Origin: Gekko japonicus
Taxonomy: Eukaryota
NCBI RefSeq assembly: GCF_001447785.1
Contig: NW_015161415.1
Location: forward strand, 208,266 to 272,265
Direction: 5' to 3'
DNA: 64,000 bases
Within the stretch, counting starts at the first letter, position 1. Each line of letters starts with the position of its first letter. A model generated the notes under the pieces. That model was given only the letters and a program-made list of their open reading frames with translations. It searched no databases and was not told the DNA's origin. The position numbers were made by a program, and so were the translations under genes. Below are positions 53,059-64,000 of this stretch, one piece after another.

Positions 53059-54453
53059 CAAATATTGTTAGTCTTTAAGGTGCTACTGGACTCTTACTCT
53101 TTTCTACAGTTTATATATAAATGGTAGTCCAACCAAAATTCACAAACAAGGAAAGGGAGAATATTAATTCAACTCCATTTTTTTCCTTTCCTTATGTAGT
53201 CATATCGACATCTCTCTCTCAAAGAGACAGCAGTAATTTCAGGTACTTCCCATCCTCAACATCACAAAAGGGTAGGGGAGGAAATCTCTGAGTCTTCAGC
53301 CTAAGAAGGCATCTCTTTCACTAGGCACCTCTTTCACTCCTGCAATTACCTCGAATTTCACCAGGACCATTTGTGAGGCTGTTTTATTTTAAACGCACCT
53401 CCCCTCATGCCTTCACACTCCACATGCATGTGTTGAGTTCTCCCAAAAAGAGCTCTGTTTCATAATGATCCCACCAACACACACAGCCTCTTCTCACCTT
53501 AAAGACCCTGACATATGTGGTCCAGCTAACATTCGGAAAAGACAGCTCCACTTCCTACTCTTTAGTATCTTTCACAAGTCATCATTTCTTACAGCATCTT
53601 TCATCTATCCCTTCCTTGGCCCCTTTTTCTTTCATTCTTTCTTGGAGACCATGTGGCAATGTTTGCTGCATACTGCAACCACTACCATTTCTCATGTCTT
53701 TAGCTGAAAGCCTCTAGTTAATAATATGAATAAACAATAAACTACAAGAGGAGGAGGAGGAGGAGGAAGAATAGAAATTAGTTTTGTAACCCACTCTTCA
53801 CTACCCGAAGGAGTCTCAGAGCAGCTTACAATCGTCTTCCCTTCCTCTCCCAACAACAGACACCTTGTGAGGTAGGTGGGGATGAGAGAGTTCTGAGAGA
53901 ATTGTGACTGATCCAAGGTCACCCAGCTGGATTCATGTGGAGGAGTGGGGAATCAAACCTGGTTCTCCAGATTAGAGTCCGCTGCTCTTAACCACTACAC
54001 CAAACTATCATTTGCTGTCCAGGGCTTTTTTTCTGAGGGAACGTGCGGACACGGAGCTCTGGAACCTCTTTGCCAAAATTCTTTTTAAAATGTTTAAAAG
54101 TACATGAGTTTTCAGTATACAGATTGAAAACTTCATTTCCCTCTTGAGAGTTCCGACACCTTTAAAAAAAACCAAAAAAACACAACCCTGGTTGTATCAT
54201 TAACTGTATATCACTGCCAGGGATAAAGGGCCCCAGAGCAGAAGATCCCAAAGTCTGCTGTATCATTAACTGTATATTGTATATATTATATACAATATCC
54301 AGCTTTCTTTTACCAATTACCACAAAATGTCTATTAAACTGCTATTAACCTCCTTTCAGTATTCTCCAGTTATTAGAGGTTAGCTTTTTGTTCAAGGTAG
54401 AGTATCCATGAATGGTCCAACTAAAGGCTAAAATGGGAGACCTATGACTGGAT

Positions 54454-54659
54454 CAGTGTTCCCTCTAAGCTGAGTTAGTGTGAGCTAGCTCACAGTTTTT
54501 TAGCCTCCGGTTCACAATTTTTTCTCTTAGCTCAGGAAGGATGGCTCCAGAGCAAACTAATCTATGCAGTAGCCAAATTGCTTGCTCACAGCTTTAATGC
54601 CACAGAATCACACAGTGGAATTATTGCTCACAAGACTCCACCGCTTAGAGGGAGCATTG
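54454..54659 (+). mobile_element. hAT MITE family A, copy 5
   Basis: Same TIRs; 8-bp TSD GACTGGAT. Confidence 0.9.
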
Positions 54660-54819
54660 GACTGGATATCTTTTTTCTTACTAAAAACAGCCATTTAGGG
54701 CTGCCAATTTGATTGGGAATCAAGCCTTGTCGGAAGAGGAATGAGGTGGGGGTGAGGGATTACATATGGGAGAAATTAAGTGAGCAGAAAGCTACCAACG
54801 TGTTGTACTGCGATGTCGA

Positions 54820-55798
54820 AGACCCAGACAGGACACGATAGAGGTTTATAAAAGTATACAGGGGGCAAAGAAAGCAGACAGAGGCTGCGGTCACACGGAA
54901 CAGAAGCCACACAAGTGAGACGGAAAACAGGCGGAGTTTCCAGGCGCGATCTCACCAGCACATCTGGGAAGCGTAGCACTCCCGTGGCTCAACCGAGGCT
55001 TCCAGCCGAAACTGCGTGGCAAAAAACTAGTACCTCAGAGGTACTAGTTTCCGGAAACTGCGGGGCAAGGGCGGGCGTCTGATTGCGTTTCCGGTGGCAT
55101 CCGGCGCCCGCCCATGTCCCCTTGCAAATAAGGTGTGTTTTTTTTGTCCAAGTCTCTGTGGATGCGCACGCGCACCCAACGGAGCATGCGCATTTGTCAT
55201 GTACACACAAAAACAAAACACTTTGCCGCGGCGCGCGCTTCTTCGTTGCGCGCCGGCTTGTCCTGTGATCGGCACCTCTCCCTTGCCATGGAACCTCCAC
55301 GGTACCTCCACAGGAGGTCTGATCGTGTAACTGCGCAGTAGTTTGCCCCAGGGCAAACAGCCACGCTTCTCCCCCGCAGTTTCCTGCCCGTGTGACCGGG
55401 GCCAGAGAGAACTTCTTTGTCCTCTCCAAAATACCCGCACTCAGGGTCACTCAATGAAGTTGATGGTAAGTAGATTCAAGAAGGACAAAAGGAAATCCTA
55501 CTTTACTCAAAAAGTGCCAGAGGATGGCCACAGGCATATATGGCTTTAAAAGGGCAACAGACAGGTATATGGATAGGTCTATCAGTGGCTACTAGCCACA
55601 GTGACAAAAGGAAATCTTGACATGCAGAGACAAGGAATCCCTGAATACCAGTGTCAGGAGGCAACATCAGGTAAAGTCCTCAGCCTCTGTATGGTCTTGC
55701 TGGCTCTCCAGGGTAACTGGTAGGCCACTGTGTGAGATAGGATGCTGGCTGGCTGGACTATTGGTCTGATCCAGCAAGGCTCTTCTTATGTTATTATG
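54820..55798 (+). mobile_element. CR1 LINE 3' portion, interrupted by a MITE
   Basis: GATAGAGGTTTATAAAA...CAGGGTCACTCAATGAAG...; ends CTTCTTATGTTATTATG. Confidence 0.75.
54883..55403. mobile_element. CpG-rich MITE, PIF/Harbinger-like, inserted in CR1
   Basis: TIR GGCTGCGGTCACACGG / CCGTGTGACCGGGGCC; 3-bp AGA on both sides; CR1 sequence resumes on both flanks. Confidence 0.7.
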
Positions 55799-56554
55799 CT
55801 GTGCCTGGTAGACCAGCTCCAGAAGTTGGTGCTGGGACAAAACTGCTCAGCCCCATGGCATTTAAAATATGGGGTCCTATTTTTAACCTGCTTTGACTGG
55901 CTCACCGACTGCAGTCCTCCCTTGAGAGGCAGGACTTGGCCACAATTATTCATGCTCTGACTGAATCTAGGTTGGACTACTGCAATGCATTCTACATGTG
56001 GCTGCTTTTGATGAGTGTTCAAAATCTTCAACTAATTCATGATATAGAGGTTAGGCTGCTATCAGTTTCAAGTTACGGGGATTACATCTCAACAGCTTTA
56101 AAAGCTCTCCACTGGCTGCCAGTCAGCTTCAATTCTATAACATAAAAAGCTCTACATAGTTTGAGATCACTTTTGTAAAAAACTGTTCTCCCAAATGAAC
56201 CTGCCTGCTGGTTAAGGCCATCATCAGAAATCCCACTCTGTGTTCTACTAACAGAGACAAGATGACTAAACACCAGAGAAAGCATTTTTTCAGTAGTGGT
56301 GCCTAGGCTGTAGAATTCACTTCCTAAAGAGGCTTACCTGGTGCCAAGTGTATGATCTTATACGCACTAGGCAAAGCCTTCATTCTGCTCACACCTTTTA
56401 AGGGCCTTATTTTCTTAAATGTTTTAAAGCTGCTCTACTGTTATGTCATTAGTATTTTATAAGATTTTATGTTGCATTGTTTTTATAATATTAAAATAGG
56501 ATTAATTTTATCTGATGTTTCAATCACTTTTATGGTTATCATATTTATACAATA

Positions 56555-58391
56555 CTAGGAATAAGGTCCGCTGTGGAAATAAATACAACAAGCTCAAGAA
56601 AGAGGCTCTGGGTGGGTGACCTCAGAGTTTACCATTTTCTCCGGGGGAACTGATCTCTACCATCTAAAGAGCAGTTGTAATTCTGAGTGATCTCCAGCCC
56701 TCCCCCTGGAGATTGGCAAAAATGGTTCCCCGGGAGGAAATGGCTGGTTTGGAGGGTGGACTCTATGGCTGTGGTGGCGAACCTATGGCACGCGTGCCAG
56801 AGGTGGCACTCAGAGCCCTCTCTGTGGGCATGCGCACCGTCACCCCAGCTTCCTAGGCGGCCACCGATTGGGCAGTTTGAATGGAGGGCAGGGGCCATGC
56901 AAAGCAGACATCGAGCCAGCAGGGGAAGAGAAGCCGCCTGCGCCCCGCGACTCCCCTTCTCCTCCAAGGCGGCTGACCGCGACGAGCAGCACCAGCAGCA
57001 GCCTACAGGAGGGAGCACCTGCCCGAGTGAGTGCGCCTCTCTGCACCCCGAGCCCCGCCTGGCCGGCGCCTCGCCTCCTCCAAGCCTGCAAGCGAGTATC
57101 CCTCTCCTCCTCCTCCGTCCCGTCCTCTGCCAGCGTCAGCATCATCGTCTTCGTCCCTGGGAGGGGGGTGGGCAGCCCGGCCTCTGCCGTCTTCCCACCG
57201 CCACTCCCTCCCTCCCTCCAGCATGCAGGACTCTAGGTCAGGGGGCGAGAGCGGCTCCTCGGGGTGGGTGGGTGAAGACATGGGCATCGGCGTCGTTGTG
57301 GGAGTTGCAGGTCTTCAGGCTTGGAGGGGGGTTGAGGGGGCTTGCCATCGCCTCCTGTCTTCTGCTTGTTTCTAGCTGCTGGCATGACCAGGTGGGCGCC
57401 TGTTTTGATTCTTTCTCCTGGCTTTTCTGTTTGCCGGGGGGGCTTGGCGGGGGGGGGGGGGTGCTGGCTGCGATCGGCTCGTNNNNNNNNNNNNNNNNNN
57501 NNNNNNNNNNNNNNNNNNNNNNNNNNNNNNNNNNNNNNNNNNNNNNNNNNNNNNNNNNNNNNNNNNNNNNNNNNNNNNNNNNNNNNNNNNNNNNNNNNNN
57601 NNNNNNNNNNNNNNNNNNNNNNNNNNNNNNNNNNNNNNNNNNNNNNNNNNNNNNNNNNNNNNNNNNNNNNNNNNNNNNNNNNNNNNNNNNNNNTTATCTG
57701 CCTGTCTGTCTTCAGGTTTACATCTCCCCCCCCCCCAGCGTCTGTCTACGGAAAGGGCAGTTGTTCCCTGCAGTGGGAACCAAAGCAGCTGACAGCATTC
57801 TGCTCTCCCCCGTATGATCCTGTGAGGTATATTAAGGTTGAAAGTCTGTGAATGGTCCATAATCCCCCAGGAAGCTTTTATAACATGAACCTGGGACCTG
57901 CACACCATCCTCTGAAGCGCTCTCAGGTATGTATCTGTGGCAGTAATGGGGTGACTGCTGGCACCTTTTCCTATCGTTTTTTGCCTTGTGGTATTCTGTT
58001 TGTGGTGTGATCTGTCTTTTTTGTGGTGTGGCATGGTTGTGTTATTGGGTTTGTTTCTTTTGAAGGGGAAGTGATGTGTTGTGAGTGAGGACATATTTTA
58101 CCTCAGAATACACCAGGTCGCATATGCAACTGAGAGTTCCAACCAACTGTCTCATGGAGGAGGGGGGGAGTTTGAGGTGCGGAATGAAGTCCAATCAGTT
58201 TCCATATGCAAATGACCTTGAAACGCTGGCCCAATCAGAGAAGAGTGGCCTAGGCTGCAGTGGGTGGGAGAAAACTCAGGCAGCATAGCCAGTAGATAGA
58301 GACACCTTGTGATTGACACATCACGGAGCCAACTGATTTTGGAGTGAATGGAATCTTGCAAGACAAAAACGCTTTTATTATATAGGAGAGA
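56555..58391 (-). mobile_element. Non-autonomous Helitron (minus strand) with nested hAT-like end, GC-rich cargo and N gap 57483-57693
   Basis: Minus strand A|TCTCTCCTATATAATAAAAGCG...CCAAAATCAGTTGGCTCCGTGAT (shared with 28551) ... ATTTATTTCCACAGCGGACCTTATTCCTAG|T. Confidence 0.8.
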
Positions 58392-58864
58392 TAAATATTC
58401 TGAATAAGCAACACCAGCCACTATTTTCTAAAGTACGCAGTTAATCACTGATTTTGCACTGCGATTTGGTGGAAGTCAGAAAGTTTCCAAATCACAGTAT
58501 AAGGTTGGGAAGCAGAGGACTCAGGGAAGGAGCAGGGTCAACAGGGAAGGAGCAACCACAAATACTGGCTGGCTACAAAAGACACTATTCATATAGCACT
58601 ACTGAAGCTAAAGCTATATAACACTTCTATGAATACTGCGAATGCTGAAAACTTCCAAATATTTATGTGTTTTGGTAAGACACAGTATCTTAAAAGTGCA
58701 CTAGCAATTCATATTTTAATGTCAAAAAGCATGGTTATGTAATTTAGCATCTCAGTCACTAAGGCTATAGCACTGTGCATACATTTGTGTCAGCAACCAG
58801 TTAGGTATACCAACTAAATGCAATATCCATGTGATATTCCTCTGTATTATCAAGAGAGTCTTAC

Positions 58865-58953
58865 CTGGATACAAGCATGTTTAAATCAGAAGACTCCTCA
58901 GATTCTATTATAATGTTAAGATCAGTAACCGCAGCATAACCATTTTTGTTACT
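58865..58953 (-). CDS. CENPP: Centromere protein P internal exon (probably exon 4)
   Basis: caaaccAG|AGT AAC...TCC AG|GTAAG encodes SNKNGYAAVTDLNIIIESEESSDLNMLVS(R). AVTDLNII motif; 89 nt, phase 0 to 2. Confidence 0.92.
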
Positions 58954-61180
58954 CTGGTTTGAAAAAGAATAAATGTTTCATATTAGACAAAATGTTATCT
59001 TATAAGCACTTAACAGAAAAGTTACAAAACAGAACAGAAAACATGCACTCATTACTCATTAAGATTATCTCAATTTACATGAAATATGTGTACAAATGCT
59101 ACATAATATATCTGATCCAAGAGGATGAACACTGAGAGACCTAGGTTTTCGATATCTAATTGTTTAATAGACAAAATATGACCAAATACTTTAAATCACT
59201 ACAGCACAGCAACACAAAGTATACAGCAATCCAAAGGATGGATCCTACAGAGCATTTCTACAGGCAGGAGGAGCATGACTTTCTCCTCTCCTCATATCTA
59301 CTGCAACTCAAAATATCCCAAAAATGCCCCTTGAAATGCTACTCTCAGTGATTTCAGATCTGTTTCTTCTTCCTTTTATCTTGGTCTTTTCTAGGGCAAG
59401 TATCCAGTAAAATTTAGGGATGAAATAGGGAATGACTCCTGTTTCTGCAATAAATAAAAGATTCACAGTTCGCGGGCATTTATATGATGTGCACCAGCTG
59501 CAAAATACAAACAGCATTGAGTACTGTAATCAACAGGACAATGGTATGCCATGGAATACTTTTTTATGTTGTGCATCCCAAAAGAGAAGGGTGAAAAGAA
59601 AAAGAGATCACCAAACCTCAAAACAAATTAACTTTAAAAAAACCCAGAAGAACAGAAGCTACATCTCTTTAAATGCAGGAGGACTCAAAATGTATAAAAT
59701 ATACAAAATGGACTCAAAATGCTAGCATTTACAATGTAGTCCTCCTGCATTTACACCAAATCCCCCCCCCAAAGTCCTGATTCCCACAAAATGCTCCATG
59801 CTCACATGGAGCTCTGTTTGAGCAATATATTTCAACATTAGAAAAACTGCAATTGCCTGAAGGCACATGGGCACACCTAAGCAGACCCAAAGTGAGATGT
59901 GTAACAAATAATTGGGGTGCAACAGTGGCAGTTTACTGCTGGTTTTCTATATTTGTATTTCCTCCACGGAAAGGTTTAGCACTTGGCCATTCCTAGTTCA
60001 CAGTTTGATTATGTAGTAGATCCAGCAGTAATTACTGCTGTTTCCAGAGAGATGCTGAGAAGAGAGCATATCATCAGTTCAGAAATACAATACAACCCTT
60101 GAGAAAAACAGATAGCACAATTCTCTGTCTACCCTTTTCTCTACAAAGGACTCTATAATATCCATTGCTTTCTGTTGCACTCTGGAAACAAGACTGCAAG
60201 ATTTTTTACATTTCTTTAAATTTTACTTTATTTATACCCCTTCTTTCTCCCCAATGGAGACCAAAAGCAGTTTACATCATCCTCTTCTCCACTTTTTCCT
60301 CACAACGACCCTGTAAGGTAGACAGGCTGAGAATATGTGACTGGCCCAAAGGTCACCCAGTTAGCGTCTGAAGCAGAGTGGGGAATCGAACCTGGGTCTC
60401 CCAAGTTAATAACATTACTACTCGGAGTAACAAATAGTTATACAAAATAAGAAATAAATGGTGCAATAACAAGAAAGCCCATTCAAAGTGGGTTTATAAG
60501 GGTATAACTGCTTTGGACTGCACTAGAAGTACTTCACTACTTAAGTAAACTACTGCTGTTTGTCCATTCATAATTTAACAAAGTACCCAAGTAACATAAA
60601 TACAGGATTTGCATATTTCATTGTAGAAGTCTTCCACAGTGCTAAATCAGCGAAATTTCTGTGAAAACAACTGAAGTTACACAGGAAATTTTGTATCTAA
60701 AGAAAGTGAGATTACATATCTGTAGCCAATTGCCATCTTGTGGCTGGAAAAAGAAAGTGCAGTTTATTTACTGTTAGGGAGTTTGTATCCATACTTTAAT
60801 AGGAACCCTTCCTCCCAAAGCAGTACACAACAATTATAAAATATAATTCCATTATAAAACCACAAAATTAAAATCAAAACCATAAAAACACTGAAGATAA
60901 ATAAGGTAAAAGACAAGAAGAGTATTAGAAGTTCAAACTCACGGTTTTAAACGCTGACTAAAATAAATACGTATATGCTCACTGTACAGCAGAAAGGCAA
61001 TATACAAATATTTGAAACAAACACAAACATCCTAAAGCTACTCTTCTGTTACTCTTCTGCTACAAGATTTTTAAATACTGTGTGTTGGGGGGTGAAGCCC
61101 TTTTAAATAAGTTAGTATATAGAGTTCTTCAAACACAAATATACACTGATTTCAAAATTATGATAATCTTCTCACTGTAC

Positions 61181-61272
61181 CTGATTTTCCTCCATGAGCC
61201 TGAATTCCAACTGAAAGGGCACTGACTGGCAATTTCCTGATAGCCTACATTTGTATACAGTCTTAATTTCAC
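61181..61272 (-). CDS. CENPP: Centromere protein P internal exon (probably exon 3)
   Basis: Minus strand tttactgtAG|GT GAA ATT AAG...CAG|GTACAG encodes EIKTVYKCRLSGNCQSVPFQLEFRLMEENQ, matching the recalled CENP-P segment RLSGNCxxVxFQLEF. Confidence 0.9.
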
Positions 61273-61380
61273 CTACAGTAAAGAAAAATACAAGTTGATA
61301 CCTTAATTGGGGTCATTTGTTTCTTTGTGCTCCAGGCATTTAAATATTAGTGATTACATTAATATTTATTATTATCTACT

Positions 61381-62057
61381 TGTCAGGGGGGTGCCAAGTC
61401 CCCCCCCCCGACTCACCAACAGGAACATCGGAGTTCAACGAACCGAGCCAAGTGCCAACACAAACAGAAGAGGCAATACAATGAACCAGGGATGGCCCCG
61501 CAGGACGGGCCCACCCGCGGATGAGAGAACAGGCACCTATGGGATCCTGGCCTTCAGACTGCAGGACAAGCAAGGAAGACCCCAGAAAGGGTATCCCAGA
61601 GGACCAGGACTCTTACCTAGCCGGCCAGCAAGAGGGGCTCCAGCAGCAAAAGGGGGATGCAATGGAGGGAGCGAGAGACACCCCCAGAAATGCTGGCCAG
61701 ATCAAGAGGAAGGATGGCATGGAACTGACAGGATTAGGGAATTGGTGAGCCCTGTGGTCACTCTCCTCTGAATGGAAGGGGGGAGGGGCAGGTGCAGGGC
61801 AGGAGGATTTAAGGGAGAGAGATGCACAGGCTGAGGAGGATGATCCTCAACCCTCTATGCAGAGAGAGTAGAGCAGTGAGATAGCCTGAGAAGGATGCTC
61901 GGAATAGAGGGGAGGCAAAAGACAAGAGGACATAGGTGAAGAAACCCCCTCCGTTCCTTCAGTCTGAGGCCGCACCTAGATTCTCCCTCCCTAAAATCAG
62001 TCGCCCCAGAGTCTGGCTGTCCTCCTACCAACCCTGCAAGACTTCCACATCGTGACA
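61381..62057. mobile_element. Solo LTR (677 bp)
   Basis: TGTCA...TGACA termini with perfect 5-bp TSD CTACT. Confidence 0.85.
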
Positions 62058-62699
62058 CTACTTTATTTTAAAACTGATGGCCCACTTCTACTACATATGA
62101 AGCAGCTTAAACAGTTTTAAAATACAAGAATAAAACAATTAAAAATAATTACCAAAAAACATCTCCTGACAATTCCAGGCCCCAAGGAGGCCAGGCTGGC
62201 TGCCACCAGGGCCAGAGCTTTTTTGGTGGTGGCTCCTACCTGGTGGAACGAGCTCCCGAAGGAGATCCGGGCCCTGCGGGACCTTGTGCAGTTCCGCAGG
62301 GCCTGCAAGACGGAGCTCTTCCGCCAGGCTTTTGAGTAGGAGCCACCACTATTTTACCATCATTAGCTCTGGCCCTGGGAATGAGAGAACAACAGCACCA
62401 TATGGAACTGGAAGCACTGATTGGGTGTACCATCTTCGAGACGTCATATTTATGGAAGATCTTGTTCGAACATCTAGAGCACTTAATAGGTTGTAATTAA
62501 TGGGTAACGTAGTAGTGATGTTTTTATATGGTTTTTATCTGTTTTATGTGTTGGCTTTGCCTGCCTGTAAGCCGTCCTGAGCCCACGTTGCGGGGAGGGA
62601 GGGCTATAAATTGAAACTATAAATAAAAAATAAATACAAATTATTACCCAAATTAAAAAATATCCCACATCCCAACAAATACATAATTTAAGTCACTAA

Positions 62700-63750
62700 C
62701 ATAATTTAAGAAGAGCCATGCTGGATCAGACCAAAGGCCCATTAAATCCAGCATTCTTTTCACACCGGCTGCCTCTAGGAAGTCCACGAGCAGGATGACT
62801 GCAAGAGTATTCTCCCAGCCATGCCACTCAGCAACTGATAAAAAGAGGCATGCCGCCTCTGGTACTGGAGGGAATAGATATCCATCATGACAGCCACTGA
62901 CAGCCCCATCCTCCATGAGTTTGTCCACAACCCTTTTAAAGCCATCCAAGTTGGTGGCCACACTACATCCTCTGGCAGCCAGTTCCACGATTTAACCATG
63001 CGCTGTGTGAAGAAGTACTTCCTGTGATCTACCCTGAATCTCCCATCCTTGAGCTTCAGCGGATGACCCCAGGTTCTAGTATTATGAGAGAAGGAAAGGT
63101 TCTCCCTATCCACTCTTTCCACACCACGCACCATTTTATAGACCTCTTATCATGTTTCTCATTACTCACCTTTATCTAAGCTAGACAGTCATAAGCATTT
63201 TAACCAATCCTCAGCGGGCAGTTGCTCTAGCCCTGTTCAGTTTGGTTGCTCTTTTCTGTATCTTTCCCAAGCTCCACAATATCCTTTCGCAGGTGAGGTG
63301 ACCAGAACTGTACACAGGATTCCAAGTATGGTCTCATCACAGATTTATATATGGGCAGTATGATGGTGGCAGTTTTATTCTCTGTTCTTTTGCTTATTAT
63401 GGCCAGCATGGAATTTGCCTTTTTCACAGCAGGCACACACAGGCTTAACATTTTCATTAAGCTATCCACAATCACCCCAAAATCCCTTTCTTGGTCTGTT
63501 GCCGCCAGGTCAGATCTCACTAGTGTATACATGCAGTTGGGATTTTTTGCCCCAATATGCATCACTTTACACTTACAATGCACCTCATTTGACATTTTAA
63601 TGGTCATTTCCCCAGTTTGGAGAGATCATTTTGGAATCTTTGCAATCTGTTTTTGTTTTAACCATCCTAAAAAAAATTGTGTCTTTCGTAAACTTGGCAC
63701 TTCGTTACTCAACCTTAACTGCAGATCAATTTATGAACAAGTTGAAAAGT
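62700..63750 (-). mobile_element. CR1 LINE 3' portion
   Basis: KCKVMHIGAKNPN, ERDFGVIVD, RPYLESCVQFWSPH and TRTWGHPLKL motifs. Confidence 0.9.
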
Positions 63751-64000
63751 GCCAGCTAATAAACTGATTAGCCTTATAAAGAACTAAAACAACCAGTCAA
63801 CAATGCAACTCTTTCAAAAAGGTGTCATCAGTAGTTATAGTTCATTTTCAAGTCACATTTGAAAAGAGCAGCCTTATAAAGATATGTAGTCCCAGATTTT
63901 AAAGATTAAAACTAGCTCCTTGAAGTAAATTGGAAGACAGTGCAGCTGTTGTAATAGAGCCAAGAGTATAATATACTTTTTACAATGTGAAGTTTCCAAA

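Larger units (their letters stand above)
52471..53107. mobile_element. Palindromic Penelope-like terminal remnant hosting SINE and MITE insertions
   Basis: GTAGAAAAGAGAAAGAGTCCAGCAGCACC ... GGTGCTACTGGACTCTTACTCTTTTCTAC inverted ends; related pieces at about 17190-17290 and 24375-24412. Confidence 0.55.

Noticed and set aside
56687-58094. 376-aa and 240-aa ORFs
   Set aside because: Length is inflated by a 211-nt N gap; they lie within a Helitron.

Overview
Vertebrate genomic DNA, not prokaryotic. The Sauria SINE, BovB and Squam-type SINE content points to a squamate reptile, probably a gecko (inference). The + strand carries two complete small leucine-rich proteoglycan genes: osteomodulin (OMD; 2 coding exons, 421 aa) and osteoglycin/mimecan (OGN; 6 coding exons, 306 aa). 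Three short - strand exons missing from the ORF track (61272-61181, 58953-58865, 48605-48509) splice in frame and encode the middle of centromere protein P (CENPP). OMD and OGN therefore lie antisense inside one giant CENPP intron, as in mammals. The rest is densely packed with transposable elements. The most notable are five non-autonomous Helitron-like elements with A|TC...CTAG|T-type ends and no TSD; four share termini but carry different internal cargo. Also present are five copies of one hAT MITE, other hAT and Harbinger-like MITEs, BovB, L2, CR1, RTEX-like, DIRS-like and Penelope-like fragments, and a solo LTR beside a CENPP exon. I found no evidence for a wholly new biological system. 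The best leads are the Helitron family with its captured cargo and a possible LTR-derived splice donor for CENPP. All family and orthology assignments come from recalled motifs, not database searches.
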